DNA of 63,930 nucleotides, filler included, from Octopus bimaculoides (Eukaryota): NCBI RefSeq assembly GCF_001194135.2. It is 5 parts of 5 records of this genome, joined end to end, with 100 filler letters (N's around TTAATTAATTAA, not from the genome) between each part and the next. Parts side by side here need not be neighbours in the genome. Positions count along the whole stretch, not along the records: positions 1 to 20,797 come from NC_069000.1; positions 20,898 to 37,884 come from NC_068992.1; 3 more parts are not named here. The stretch is one strand, 5' to 3'. Made by a program: the position numbers and the translations under genes. The notes below the pieces were generated by a model. The model did not search any database and had not been told where the DNA came from. It saw only the letters and a program-made list of their open reading frames with translations. Positions 10,580 through 24,500 of this stretch are shown in pieces (within the stretch, counting starts at the first letter, position 1; every line of letters starts with the position of its first letter).

Positions 10580-13500
10580 GCATCTTCCATAAGAACAAAC
10601 TCACTTGAAGCCACATCTGTAGAAGTACATCAGCATAATACCATAAAACCATATCTCTGGAAGAAACTCCTGAACCAAAGGAAACATGCATACCGGAAGA
10701 GCATTCGATGCAACAATATAGCAAACACCTACCAGAACTGGCGAAGCAAAGACAGACCAATCCTGCCCAGAAAATTTCTTATTAAAGAAATAAGGAATGA
10801 ATCGCTAGAAGAGACAAATATACGTGCGAATTTAGCTCTATGTCGATTGGAAACAGAAATTGCTCTTCTACAATTACGAAAAGTGAGACACGAAGAAAAA
10901 GTGAAGAATATTGACGCAATTATGTTTGCTGAAATTGCTGAGCAAAGCAACAATCAATATCATGAAAAACTGCAAAAACTATGGAAAGAAGACACAAAGC
11001 GGGAAGAAGAGAAATCCATAAAAATGTGGGAAAAACAACAAGAGTGGTTCACTAACTATGAAAAAAAAAACTATGGAGATAAATCCATTATGAAAACGAA
11101 ACTGCAACAACAAAGAAATACGAAGAAATCGAAAACAAATATAGACACTAACCCTAGAAGAATCAAAATGAGATACCGAACCTCTAATTACCCCAAAATA
11201 TACGTGGAAATGACCTCCATCTCACCCGAAGTACAGACTAAAAAACCATATCCAACAATACATAACACTGCAATTAACCAACAAATGAAATACAGAAGAC
11301 AGCCATCAACCCATACGTCCAAACACCATAGATGGATAAATGAAAAGGAAAACAGACCTGAAAGACAAATAACATACAGACAACCACCAACTCGTAATAA
11401 CATGTACCCCAGATGGATGAATACATGGGAAGAAGAACAAATAAAATACAGACAACACAGATACTATAATAGGAACAATAATCATGACAACTCAAGAAAC
11501 ACAAGATTTACAACCAAAATTCCCATATATCCTGAATGGGGAAGAAAAAAGCGTGAAAGATGGGAGGAAAAAACTAAACTTTTAACCAACGGAATTGGTA
11601 TAAAAGACACGAACCATCCTCTTACCTACATGGAAATCAGAACACCCAGACAAGACAACGAAGACGTGGAAACACAATTCCTTTTTTAGGGAGGAAATAC
11701 CAAAACCACGCNNNNNNNNNNNNNNNNNNNNNNNNNNNNNNNNNNNNNNNNNNNNNNNNNNNNNNNNNNNNNNNNNNNNNNNNNNNNNNNNNNNNNNNNN
11801 NNNNNNNNNNNNNNNNNNNNNNNNNNNNNNACCCGATAATACACCAGAGTTAATTAACCACACACAACATATAGACCCGAAAATCATAAATTTATCAAAT
11901 CGGAACCTCAACAACGATGAGATCAACCTCCTATTAAAAGGTTTAAAGTTTACCCCGACACCCACGCCCAACCTCATTGAACTGAAATCTGATATTGAAC
12001 ACTTCAACCGTCACCGACGACTTATAGAATTCTTCAATCATAAAGACTTAAATGATGAATCAATAGTCCGAAAGAAATCCCACTTCACTCCCTACAAGGG
12101 AAAGGACAAATATTTGGATGCGTATATAGACACAATTTCAAAATTTCCCCTAAATACCCAGAGATGTAAACAAAACCTTTGTGAAAACGAAAAGAAAGCC
12201 TTACGAACACTAAAAAATGACAACACAATCATCCTAAAAGAAGCTGACAAGGGAGGGCAATAGTTATCATGGACAAAGACTATTATAAAGACAAAATATT
12301 GGAAATGTTAACAAACAAAACCTACTACAAGGAAGAACCAAGGCACTCAGAAAAAACAATAATAAATAAAATCAGAAGGCTAATAAATGAATTCCAAGAT
12401 TCTTTCACTGACAAGGAAAAAGAGTATATATGCAACTTTGTTATCAAAGAGAGCAATTTTTACGGATTGCCTAAAATCTACAAAAGCTCCGAAATACAAA
12501 ATGCCATAAATAAGCAGAAGAACCAATACGTAAAATTACTAAGACCTGCTGACCTCAAACTGAGGCCAATAATTGCTGGACCTCAAGCTCCAACACAACA
12601 GCTAAGTCACTTTCTTGATATACTCTTAAAACCTTTGTGCCCATTAATACCTCGCTATGTACGGGATGGCATAGATTTCATCCAACACATTCCCCCCACT
12701 GTTGCAGAAGGTACTATACTAGCAAGTTTTGATGTCACTAATCTCTATACCAATATACCTCACAGTTTCGGCCTAGAAGCAATCAAACACTGGGTAGAAA
12801 AACATAGAGAATGGATAAATGATCGCTTCAAGACTGACTTCATCACCAAGGCCACACATCTAGTGCTAGAGGAAAATACTTTTAAATTCGACAACAAAAC
12901 ATATCGGCAGATAAAGGGCACAGCTATGGGTACGCGATTTGCGCCCTCATATGCAAACTTAGTTATGGGATACTTAGAAGAAAAGCTCTATGAGGAAGTG
13001 GAAAAAACTTTTGACCAAGAATACAAAAAACATATCATTAAAAAATGGAAACGCTTCCTGGATGATTGTTTCACTTTTTGGGAAAAAATCAATTGAAGAT
13101 CTAAATGTATTTAACAATATACTAAACGCACTTCACCCTTCCATCAAATTCACAACAGAATCCAGTTGCAATGAACTACCATTCCTGGATATCCACATAA
13201 AAATACAAAACTGCACAGTCACAACAGACATATTTTACAATAAAAACGATACACACAAATATTTAAACTTCTATTCTTGTCAGCCATCACACATCAAAAG
13301 AAACATCCCATACAGCATGGCCAGACGCATCTGTGCTATAGTAAGTGACCCTAAAACGCGTGAAACCAGGCTCAACGAACTAAAAGGCTTCCTTACTATA
13401 CAAAAATACCCCTTAGGCCTAATTAATGAAGGAATTAAAAAGGCGATGGAACTGAATATCACCCAACTACGGACACCAAAGGAAAAAGTTAATGAAAACA

Positions 13501-13581
13501 CGATTCCGTTCATTAATACATACAGTCCTGGAATAACTAACATATTCCACGTCATAAAATCGAACCTGCCTATACTTCTTC
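10580..13581 (+). mobile_element. Penelope-like element: long N-terminal ORF plus RT, frameshifted, running into a gap
   Basis: Motifs IINLS, KGLKFTPTP, ADKGG, FYGLPKI, LRPII, SFDVTNLYTNIP, GTAMGTRFAPSYANL, RFLDDCF, LPFLDI. Frameshifts near 12259 and 13090. Confidence 0.92.
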
Positions 13582-14854
13582 NNNNNNNNNNNNNNNNNNN
13601 NNNNNNNNNNNNNNNNNNNNNNNNNNNNNNNNNNNNNNNNNNNNNNNNNNNNNNNNNNNNNNNNNNNNNNNNNNNNNNNNNNNNNNNNNNNNNNNNNNNN
13701 NNNNNNNNNNNNNNNNNNNNNNNNNNNNNNNNNNNNNNNNNNNNNNNNNNNNNNNNNNNNNNNNNNNNNNNNNNNNNNNNNNNNNNNNNNNNNNNNNNNN
13801 NNNNNNNNNNNNNNNNNNNNNNNNNNNNNNNNNNNNNNNNNNNNNNNNNNNNNNNNNNNNNNNNNNNNNNNNNNNNNNNNNNNNNNNNNNNNNNNNNNNN
13901 NNNNNNNNNNNNNNNNNNNNNNNNNNNNNNNNNNNNNNNNNNNNNNNNNNNNNNNNNNNNNNNNNNNNNNNNNNNNNNNNNNNNNNNNNNNNNNNNNNNN
14001 NNNNNNNNNNNNNNNNNNNNNNNNNNNNNNNNNNNNNNNNNNNNNNNNNNNNNNNNNNNNNNNNNNNNNNNNNNNNNNNNNNNNNNNNNNNNNNNNNNNN
14101 NNNNNNNNNNNNNNNNNNNNNNNNNNNNNNNNNNNNNNNNNNNNNNNNNNNNNNNNNNNNNNNNNNNNNNNNNNNNNNNNNNNNNNNNNNNNNNNNNNNN
14201 NNNNNNNNNNNNNNNNNNNNNNNNNNNNNNNNNNNNNNNNNNNNNNNNNNNNNNNNNNNNNNNNNNNNNNNNNNNNNNNNNNNNNNNNNNNNNNNNNNNN
14301 NNNNNNNNNNNNNNNNNNNNNNNNNNNNNNNNNNNNNNNNNNNNNNNNNNNNNNNNNNNNNNNNNNNNNNNNNNNNNNNNNNNNNNNNNNNNNNNNNNNN
14401 NNNNNNNNNNNNNNNNNNNNNNNNNNNNNNNNNNNNNNNNNNNNNNNNNNNNNNNNNNNNNNNNNNNNNNNNNNNNNNNNNNNNNNNNNNNNNNNNNNNN
14501 NNNNNNNNNNNNNNNNNNNNNNNNNNNNNNNNNNNNNNNNNNNNNNAGTCTATCTATCTATCTCTCTATCTGCCTGTCTATCTATCTATCTGCTTATACA
14601 TCTTCCATTGTCTCCAAAGCCTCACCCCAAAAAAACAAAAAAACAAAACAATGTTCTGTTATAAACAAAACCCCCCAAAAAACACCTGTTATATATAAAT
14701 AAGCAAGATCTCTGTATCCTCACAGAATTATATTTGACAAGTTCGAAAGACAAACGAAAGCTAATATATGTATAAAATAAATGAAAGAAGTTATTCCAAA
14801 ATTCTGACGACTTTGTTTTCAATATTTAATTCTGTACATCACACCTAACACTTT

Positions 14855-14915
<61 letters not shown>

Positions 14916-15602
14916 TACACACATTAAAATACGAATAGAAATAGCTTTTCTGATAATTTTTCTACTTTAATAATTAGATGTCTATAGGATATTAGGTGTT
15001 TACAAAAGGTGACTCTGACAGGAGTTTCTCACTTGTTTTGAAACTGACATTTTAGAGTTTGTTGCCCACTGTGTAAGTAAGGTAATTTAACTACAAGCAT
15101 ACACCTATATAAACATGCATACATGCATATACATATATATACACATAATATATATACACATATTATCTTTATCTTATGATATATATACACATAGATAAAC
15201 ATGCACACACACACACATTTATATACATATACACACACACAGAAACAAAAAAAAAACATATATATATGTATCCATGCACATATATTCATACATACATGCA
15301 CATACACATATGTGTATATAAAAAAGGGGGAAAGGAGAATTAAGTAGATCAAGAGTAAAGAAATAAAATGTTTTGCTGATCATTTTGGAGTGAAATGGTG
15401 CCATAAAACTGTTAAGTGCAAACATACATACCGGCAAGTCACACATGTATTTATTATACAAGCATAGTGTACACACACAGAATATACACATTATTATAGA
15501 GATATATACTCATATATATATACACACACACACACAGATACATACATGCATAAAAAGAGCTAAATAAAAACAAAGACAAAAATACCATGAACAAAGTAAA
15601 TA

Positions 15603-16844
15603 CAGGGTGCAGACAGTATTTGAGGACAGATTTATGGTTTTAAAAAATAATAACAGAAAAAAAAAACTGTATTTTTATAAAAATAACAAACATAAAACTA
15701 AATTATCAATTTAATAACTTCATTCAATAAAACCACCATAAGCATCAATAACTGTCTCTACGTGGGGTTGAAATTGTTTACAAGCTCTGATTAAGTGGTT
15801 CTTGTTCATATCAGATGATGCAAACTATGGTGGCTTTCAAAGAATCTTTGGTGCTATGGGGATGTTCATTGACATTTTTCTCAACAATGCTCCAAACATA
15901 GTAGTCCAGTGGATTGAGATCTAGAGAATTAAGAGGCCAAATGTTGGTGATGATGTGACCATGCAAATTGTTGCCCATCCATTCTTGTATCACTTGAGCC
16001 TTGTGTGATGGTGCAGAATCTTGTTGAAAGACATAAGACCTTCCATTGCATACACTGTTGATCCAAAGCTTAAGAACTTTATCCAGAACCTCAATATACG
16101 CAGCAGCATTCACTCTAAGGCCTTGTGGAAAAAAGTGAGGAGGCATCACATGTCCTTCATTGCTAGCAACACCGAAAACCATAACATTTGCAGGAAATCT
16201 GGTGTGCATTACTCAGACCCTCAGAAGGGTCTGCACATAGCCATCTGTCATTTCTTCTGTTAGTTTTCTGGTCCTGGTCAAAGTTTTTCTCATCTGAGAA
16301 AAACTAAACCATACCAACTTCTGATGGATTTTTAAGTTTGTTCAAAAGTCTTTTGAATCTGATTAAATGATTTTCTTTTGTTTTTTTCTGACAGGAATTG
16401 ACCTCTCCTCATCATGTAAGATTTGTATCTGATGTCTTCATGCACAACATTTCTGATTGTTTTTTCTGACACATGAAATTGTTTTGCAACTGACTTCATG
16501 GATTTTCCTGGATTGTCTTCAATGTTTTGCTTAACTTCCTGAATAAATTCAGGTGTCCTGATAGAATCAGAGTATTTGGAATGTTTTTTACATTTTGATA
16601 CAATATGCTTCCATCTTTCCATCTTCTTTCTCACACCAAATCTTGCAGACAAAAGATCTTGCAACTTTCAGAAAACAAGTAATTTCTAAATCACCAAGCT
16701 TAGCCACAATCACAACATGCCTTTTCATTTCATTAGTTAGCATAGGGCCTGTTATTGTTATTTTCTGAAATAGAAATTCAATAAAAATTAGTCAAATAAA
16801 ATAATGACTAAAAATGCATGTCCTCAAATACCATCCGCACCCTG
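15603..16844 (-). mobile_element. Full-length Tc1/mariner DNA transposon, DD37D (maT) type, defective
   Basis: ~26-bp TIRs CAGGGTGCAGACAGTATTTGAGGACA / TGTCCTCAAATACCATCCGCACCCTG with 3 mismatches, TA on both sides. 37 residues separate QQD and NPLD. The ORF is broken. Confidence 0.92.
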
Positions 16845-16849
16845 TAGAC

Positions 16850-18445
16850 TTGTCTCAAAACACTAAGATAGCCTAACAGAGAATGAGGTCAAATATTTAA
16901 CCATCTTTGAAGTAAAGACTAGTAACTTCTGTGGACTACCTTTAATTTTAATCCATAAATCGAAAGAAATTCAAGACAAAATAAAAGGGAAAATACATGT
17001 TGAAATTCCAAAACCTGCAGACTTGAAACTACATCCATTTATTGCAGGACTAACATCAAGTACACAATGCCTAAGCACCCTAATAGATATAGATTTAAAA
17101 CCTTTATGCAAATGGTGCCAAGATTTGTCTGGAATGATATAGACTTTTTAAATTACATACCTGAAAATGTCCACCAGGAACAATTCTCATTAGTTTTAAT
17201 GTAACTATTTTATACACCAATAATCCACCGGACTTAGGAATTGAAACCATGAATTTCTGGTTGACAAACATCCAAACTATATCAAGGAAAGATTCATCCA
17301 AATTTTTATTTTATTAGGATTGCAATTAAAACTTGAAAGCCATCACTTCTCTGACAATAACTTATTTACAAATAAAAGGAATAGTGATGGTGACGAAAGT
17401 AGTCCTTACATATGCAACACTTGTAATGGGTTTTTTTTTTTTAGAAGACAAACTCTATTCCAAACTACTATAGACATTTAACCAACAATTTTCCATTTAC
17501 ATAAAAAACAATTGGAAACAATATTTAGATGATTGTTTTATATTTTGGAACAAAATTATGAAGACCTAAATATCTTTCACTCACTTTAAATAAACTACAT
17601 GCCTCGATAAAATTTAATATAGAATGGTACATGAAGGAACTACCATTTTTGGACATACTTCTAATTAAATAAGATAACAGCATTAAAACACATTTTTCTA
17701 TAAACCCAGGGACACACACCAATATTTAAATTCTAATTCCTCCCATCCCTCCCATATAAAAAGAAACAAACCCTTTAATATGGCAAAACGAGCTTGCACT
17801 ATAGTAATAAATACAGCATTAAGGGATAAAAGGTTACAAGAATTAAGAATATTTCTAGAAAAACAAAAATATCCTACTTGACTTATTGACTCAGCTATTA
17901 CCAAAGTGAAAATAGAATTGATCTCATAAACATTCCCTTCATCATCACTGCCATAGTCCAAGAAACCATGATATTCTCAGTACTGCTAAAAGATGTTTCA
18001 CAATTCTTCAACGGTTATGAAAAATGAACAAACTAATGACAGAATTAGAAATAATAAATAGCAGACACCAAGCACCCAACCTAGAAAAGCTTTTAACTAA
18101 AGCAAGATTTACAACAAATAAATCAATAAAGAGAGTTCAAAAATGTGGCGGCACTTGTGGAACATGTGACTACATTGAAGAAGGAGAACAAATTATCTTT
18201 AAAAACAACAATATTTTATAAATCAACGCAAATACGAATTGCAAATCCAGAAATCTGATTTACTGTGTCCCTTGCCTGGAATGCAAAGAATACTACATTG
18301 GGTAAACAGGTACTGGATTATATGAAAGTGTGAGAGTACATAAGCAACAAATTCATGACCCCTCCATTAGAAATACAACTTGTAATGAACATTTTGAAAA
18401 ATGTGGGAAAAGAAAATTCAAAATATTCCTATTTTTAAAAATATG
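16850..18445 (+). mobile_element. Degraded Penelope-like element, RT + GIY-YIG
   Basis: TSNFCGLP, YLDDCFI, LPFLDIL, CGGTCGTCDYI, NCKSRNLIYC..C..CKEYYIG, with many stops and frameshifts. Confidence 0.85.
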
Positions 18446-19312
18446 GACCTAGCTAGAGGTAAGAGCAAGAAAAGGAGGGAGAGAGAGTGATCAAGAATGA
18501 GGGCAGGAACAGGTTTGTTACTGTAGAGGAGGTACATGATTACTCAGCCAGAGCAAGAGAAAAAAGAGAGAATAGGAGACAGTATGAGTAGGAGAAGGAT
18601 AGCAGCAAGTGTCAGAGTATACCCGCAAGGAACAGGGATCAGGGCATAGATGGGATGGTAGAATAAAGAAGAGAGAAACGAATGGTGGCAGGTGTAAATA
18701 CAGATGAAAACCAAACTAAAAATAATACTTAAGCTACAGAAATTACTATCACAACAGTCCATATGAAAACATCAACCAAACACTGTCTGAGTAATCAAAG
18801 CCATGTATTCTTATATGATTATGCACTCTTTTGTAGCCATTTTTTTATATATCCACACAGTAGTATGTAGATATCATCATCATCCTCATCACTGTTGTTA
18901 AATGGTGATGATGATGATGATAATGATGATACTTCCTTGATAGGCTGCTTTATCTGTCCCCTGCTGTTTTATGTGGAATGCAAAGTTGTTGATTATTTGC
19001 GTAACAGGGTAAATGTATATAACTGGAGCTTTAACATTGATTGTTGTATTTATTGTGGGAAACTGATGAAGTGAAATGCATGTCTACTTAATGTTTCTAC
19101 AATTATATAATTATTTTGGCATTTTGAAGAAATGAGTGTATGTCCTATAAAGTATTGAATACCATATCTGTTTCTGTTTTCTGTTTATTATTATTATTAT
19201 TTCTATTACTATACTGAGGTGGATGCCCCACATCACATTACATTGGATACTGGGAGTGTGAACCCACTACTGAGCCTGGATTTAAGTTGTGTCACACTTT
19301 ACTATGCCTCTA

Positions 19313-19472
19313 GGCACAGGCATGGCTGTGTGGTAAGAAGCTCCCTTCCCAACCACGTAGTTCTGGGTTCAGTCCCACTACATGGCACCTTGGACAAGTG
19401 TCTTCTATTATAGCCTCAGGCTGACCAAAGTTTTGTGACCGGATTTGGTAGATAGAAACTGAAAGAAGCCCG
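19313..19472 (+). mobile_element. tRNA-derived SINE (family A)
   Basis: A-box TGTGTGGTAAG, B-box GGTTCAGTCCC, core ending GAAACTGAAAGAAGCCCG. Confidence 0.8.
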
Positions 19473-19499
19473 AGTGTATGTGTGTGCATATATATATAT

Positions 19500-20110
19500 A
19501 TCATCATCATCATCATCATCGTTTAACGTCCGCTTTCCATGCTAGCATGGGTTGGACGATTTGATTGAGGACTGGTGAAACCGGATGGCAACACCAGGCT
19601 CCAATCTAATTTGGCAGAGTTTCTTCAGCTGGATGCCCTTCCTAACGCCAACCACTCAGAGAGTGTAGTGGGTGCTTTTACGTGTCACCCGCACGAAAAC
19701 GGCCACGCTCGAAATGGTGTCTTTTATGTGCCACCCGCACAAGAGCCAGTCCAGGGGCACTGGCAATGATCTCACTTGGCTTGCTGGGTCTTCTCACGCA
19801 CAGCACATTTCCAAAGGTNNNNNNNNNNAAATGGTGTCTTTTATGTGCCACCCGCACAAGAGCCAGTCCAGGGGCACTGGCAATGATCTCGCTCGAAAAC
19901 CCTACAAAGGCCAGTCAGGCGGTACTGGCAACGGTCACGCTCAAGATGGTACATCTTATGTGCCACCCGCACAAGAGCCAGTCCAGGGGCACTGGCAATG
20001 ATCTCACTTGGCTTGCTGGGTCTTCTCACGCACAGCACATTTCCAAAGGTCTTGGTCAGTAGTCATCGCCTCGGTGAGGCCCAACGTTCGAAGGTCTTGC
20101 CTCACCACCT
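19500..20110 (-). mobile_element. 3' UTR fragment of the RTE family with tandem subrepeats
   Basis: Reverse complement of the 7300-7772 3' UTR; the (CAT)n at 19500 is the tail. Confidence 0.8.
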
Positions 20111-20381
20111 CAGCCCAGTATGTATATATGTATATATCTATGTATGTGTGTGTGTCTTTGTGTTTGTGTCTGTCCCGGCATCACTGCTTGACAACTGGAG
20201 TTGGTGTGTTTACATCTCTATAACTTAATGGTTTAGTAAAAGAGACCAATAGAATATGTACTAGGCTTCAAAAAATAAGTCCTGAGGTTGATTTGTTTGG
20301 CTAAAACCCTTCAAGGCTGCAGTCAAATGACTGAAACAAGTAAAAGAATAAAAGAATACACGTATATACATTAATACATGC

Positions 20382-20412
<31 letters not shown>

Positions 20413-20429
20413 AGATAATAATATAGATT

Positions 20430-20797
20430 TAATCAAAAGATTAAATGTGGTACTTAAAATGTTTGAGGCACCAGAATTTGGTAGGATGAAAATGAAAACC
20501 AATGAATCACAAGAAGAAAACCATTTTAAGAAACTATTTAGAAGTAGAAGAAATCTACCTCCAAACCCGTTATTAGAAAACTTTGAAAAGGACTTACTGA
20601 ACTTTATTGCTAATATCAAGTTTAAGAAGCACCCTCTAAGAAAAAACTCGCACCTAAGGAAACTGAAAGATTTTATCAAATCTATTCAAAGCAAACCAGG
20701 TATTTTGGTCCCGGCGGATAAAACCGGAAATTTATATAGAATGGATTATACTACCTACAAAAAACTAATTATGAAGGAACTTAACAGCAAATATAAA
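20430..20797 (+). mobile_element. Penelope-like RT N-terminal fragment, cut by a scaffold join
   Basis: LENFEKDL...ILVPADKTGNLYRMDYTTYKKL contains the PLE ADKT motif. Confidence 0.7.
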
Positions 20798-20897
20798 NNN
20801 NNNNNNNNNNNNNNNNNNNNNNNNNNNNNNNNNNNNNNNNNTTAATTAATTAANNNNNNNNNNNNNNNNNNNNNNNNNNNNNNNNNNNNNNNNNNNN
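20798..20897. other. Artificial scaffold join (44N-TTAATTAATTAA-44N)
   Basis: The 12-mer at 20842-20853 gives stops in all six frames; the same structure occurs four times. Confidence 0.95.
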
Positions 20898-21079
20898 TAT
20901 ATATATATATATATATAAATATATGTGTGTGTGTATGTGTGTGTGTCTGTGTGTGTGTGTATGTATGTATATACACACAAAGACAGAAGTAGGCATAAAC
21001 AGTTACAAAAACAGGCAAGAACTCTGAACCCGTTGTGTCAATATTCATGCCTATATATAGTATGTGTATATATTACGCT

Positions 21080-21150
21080 CCATCTCTCTGTCTTCCTGTC
21101 TCTCTTCCTCTCTTCCTCTCTTCCTCTCTTTCTCTATCTCTCTCTCTCTG

Positions 21151-21187
<37 letters not shown>

Positions 21188-21303
21188 CACACACGCTCAC
21201 ACACACACACTCACACACACACACACACTCACACAGACACACAGACACACACACACTCACAAACACACACACACACACACTCACACACACACACACACAC
21301 TCA

Positions 21304-21385
<82 letters not shown>
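21080..21385. repeat. (CT)n then (CA)n microsatellite
   Basis: Directly visible. Confidence 0.95.
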
Positions 21386-21388
<3 letters not shown>

Positions 21389-21989
21389 CATATTAAAAGT
21401 GAATGATTATTAGCGTCCAGTAAATGAGGACAACGCTTGCTGCACACAAACATCAACCACATACGTAGAAAACTCTACACACACACATGTACAGATATTT
21501 TCAGAAATGCTACACATATTAATGCAATGTTACAAATACCATATAACGCTACCTCTTTTTCTTGTCCATCACCCTGATTCTCTTTATCGGTGTTGTTATC
21601 TGTGTCTTCATTGCCATCATCTTCATCATTGAACACTGGCCCACAAACTTCATATTGCCTCTCTACTCTAATGATTTCAGCTTCTCCGAAGCTTCATCAC
21701 TAAGCTCGCTTACCCTCAATGTCTCAACATTTCATGCAATACTCACTATGTCTTACATCGCATTAATAGTTTCTAGGTATTCAGCATAAAACCCGAAATT
21801 CTAAGGAATTCAACCCCGCTATGATTTGTACTCTGATACGTTTTATACAGATTCTTACATTGAAAATGAATGACATCGATCTCACCAACCAATTTCGAAA
21901 AGCCTGCAAGAACCATAGGAACTGTTACATAGAGCCAAGACTACAGTTTTCTTGACATATTTGAGATATGCTTTTTTTGGTTGCTTCAT

Positions 21990-22215
21990 ACTGTTGCTTG
22001 ATGTATCTGGGGTCAATATGGAGAGGGGGAAGGTCCAGGCCATTTCCGACATACATCAGGTTCGTTTTCGGCCAACTTACCTGAGATTCTTCTCTGTATA
22101 TGGTCAATGCGTCCCTGAGCTTGACGATCGAGTTACTGAATAGGGTGGAATCGTCTGCATACTACAGGACGTCAAGGTGGTAGTTCCCATTCATGCTGAG
22201 ACATGGGAAGTCGCA
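21990..22215 (-). mobile_element. LINE RT fragment (RTE-like)
   Basis: DVL*YADDSTLF...QVSWPKT. Confidence 0.65.
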
Positions 22216-22839
22216 TTTATTTGAGTAAGGAATAAATGAAATAAACATGTAGTTTAGTATAAAATTATCAATTGTTAAAATTCCTTATTTACAGCGATTT
22301 TTGTTTGTATAAAAACATGATTTCATAGATTTTCTTTGACCTTCGTAATCTTGAGTTTGTAATTTCAAGAAAGAGCTTCAAGGCAGTTAATTAGCTTAAC
22401 TCTATATGACACATAATGTCTTGGTCCTCGTATAAATAAGTTGATTATATGGAAATGCAATTCCTCCTTGTTTCCTACTGTCTCTTTCAAATTGTTAGTC
22501 TACTACATCGAAAATTCTAACACATCTTGCTTCAAATCTCCATTATTCTAATTCTCCCACGTTCATGAATTCTTTACTTTCTTTGTTACCTGCCACTGCG
22601 GTCAGTTAAATAAGAACCTCAACCTTCAACCCACTCCTATTTTAATTCTCTTTCTGTCATTCACTGAACTTCTGCTTGTGCATTTGATAAATTTCTACTT
22701 TCAGTTTCGCCCACATGATTGCAGCAAACAAAATAGATGACGTACAAGTTTGTCTTTTATGTATTGGTATTCAGTAACTAAATCATTATAATCATAAACA
22801 TTTTCGCAGCCCCCCCCCCACCTACTTTCTCATCGTCGT

Positions 22840-23010
22840 AGATGTCTTGGTCATTGTCGTCGTCATCGTCATCTTCATCGTCATCGAAATCGTCATCATC
22901 ATCATCATCGTCATCGTCGTCGTCGTCGTTGTCGTCACCCATCCCCCCCCCATCATCATCATCATCATCATCATCTCCATCATCATCATCATCATTATCA
23001 TCATTATCAG
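22840..23010. repeat. (CAT/CGT)n microsatellite
   Basis: Directly visible. Confidence 0.9.
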
Positions 23011-23468
23011 CAACCTGAATTGTGTTCTACTTTTCATTTTCAGTCTTGCTGTTTGGCAATTATGACAGCGTTTAGAAGCTTATCACAGTTTTCGAGTTGA
23101 GAAGACATGACAGAAATTATTTCACCTGGATTAGATGTTTCTATGGTAGAGCTGACTGAGGTTAACTAAATATCTCGCAAATCAAGGAAGGATAAAGTCG
23201 ATAATATCCTAGGTATGCTACCCGAAGAAAATATGTATGTATAAAATGAAAATAGAATAGAACAGCATCCATCAAGCATTATTAGTCCTAACGATTTCTT
23301 GCGACTTCAGCTGTTTTCATAGTCACGGCTGTATGGCGAGCAGTTTGCTTCCGGACCTCATGGTCTCACGTTCAGTCCCACTACGTGGCACCTCGAGCCA
23401 GAATCTTCTGCAATAGCCTCGGGCAGACTAAAGCCTTTTGAGTGTATCAGGTGGAGGGAAACTGAAGG

Positions 23469-23522
<54 letters not shown>

Positions 23523-24084
23523 CCTATCTATCTATTTGTGTGAGTGTGTGTGTTATATCACACGTGTGGATGACTTCTACTCAAGTCTCACTACCGACGA
23601 CTCGGCTCTACGGAACTCGACGTCTAGTCTACCGACGGCTCCCTCTCGCTCTTCCGCTCTGCGCTCTGCTCGACGCTTTTCGTCCAGCTATTTATACGTA
23701 TTGGACTAGCCTACTTATCGCCTGGAGGCGTCTACACAACAGCGTTTCTCTTGATTTCTGTTCCCCCACGCATGAAAACGGTTTTTTTACGTCCCAGTTT
23801 TTACGGCTAGGGTTTCGACAAAAGAGACTGATGAAATAAGTACAAGACTAAAGTAAAAATAAGTGCTGAAGTCGACTTGTTTGACTAAATTATTTAAGAC
23901 TGCTCCAGCATGACCGAAGTCGAATGTCTGAAACAAGTAAACAATAAAAAGAAAAAGATAACATGTTCTCAGTTTTTACGGTTAATTCTTTGAAAACAAC
24001 TACTCTGGATTTTTTGTGGTTTGCGAGAACCATGACTCTTATTGGCTACTGCAAACTTAGTCGACTGAATCTCCTGATATCCTT

Positions 24085-24500
24085 TCTACTGTAGGCACAA
24101 GGTCTGAAATTTTATGGAGAGGGGCTAGTTGATTACATCGATCCCAGCACTTGATAGGGACTTTTTTCATTGCCCCCCACCCTAAAGGGTAAAAAGCGGA
24201 GTCAGCCATGGAGAAATTTTAACTCAGAATGTAAAACCGGAAGAAATGTCGTTAAGCATTTGTCTAGTATGCTAAGGATTCTACCAGCTCACCTCCAAGA
24301 GTCATCAATTTTGGAGCCTGGTGTAAGTCGATTACTTCTACACCAATCTTCAACTGGTACTTATTTTATAGACCTCGAAAGAATGAAAGGCAAAAATCGA
24401 TCCCGGTGGCATTTGAAATCAGAATGTAAAGTTGGAAGAACTGCACCTCTGCATTCTTTCCGACGCGTTAACGATTCTGCCAGCTTGTCGCCTTAGAGTC
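24085..24500 (-). mobile_element. Degraded tandem copies of SINE family B
   Basis: Reverse complement of GGCGAGCTGGCAGAA...GACTTTGCCTTTCATCC...AAGTACCAG. Confidence 0.7.

Noticed and set aside
19060-19105. CTGATGA-AGT-GAAA hammerhead-like string
   Set aside because: No stem II and no convincing stem I.
20842-20853. TTAATTAATTAA as a biological motif
   Set aside because: Always centred in a 100-bp N gap; an assembly linker.
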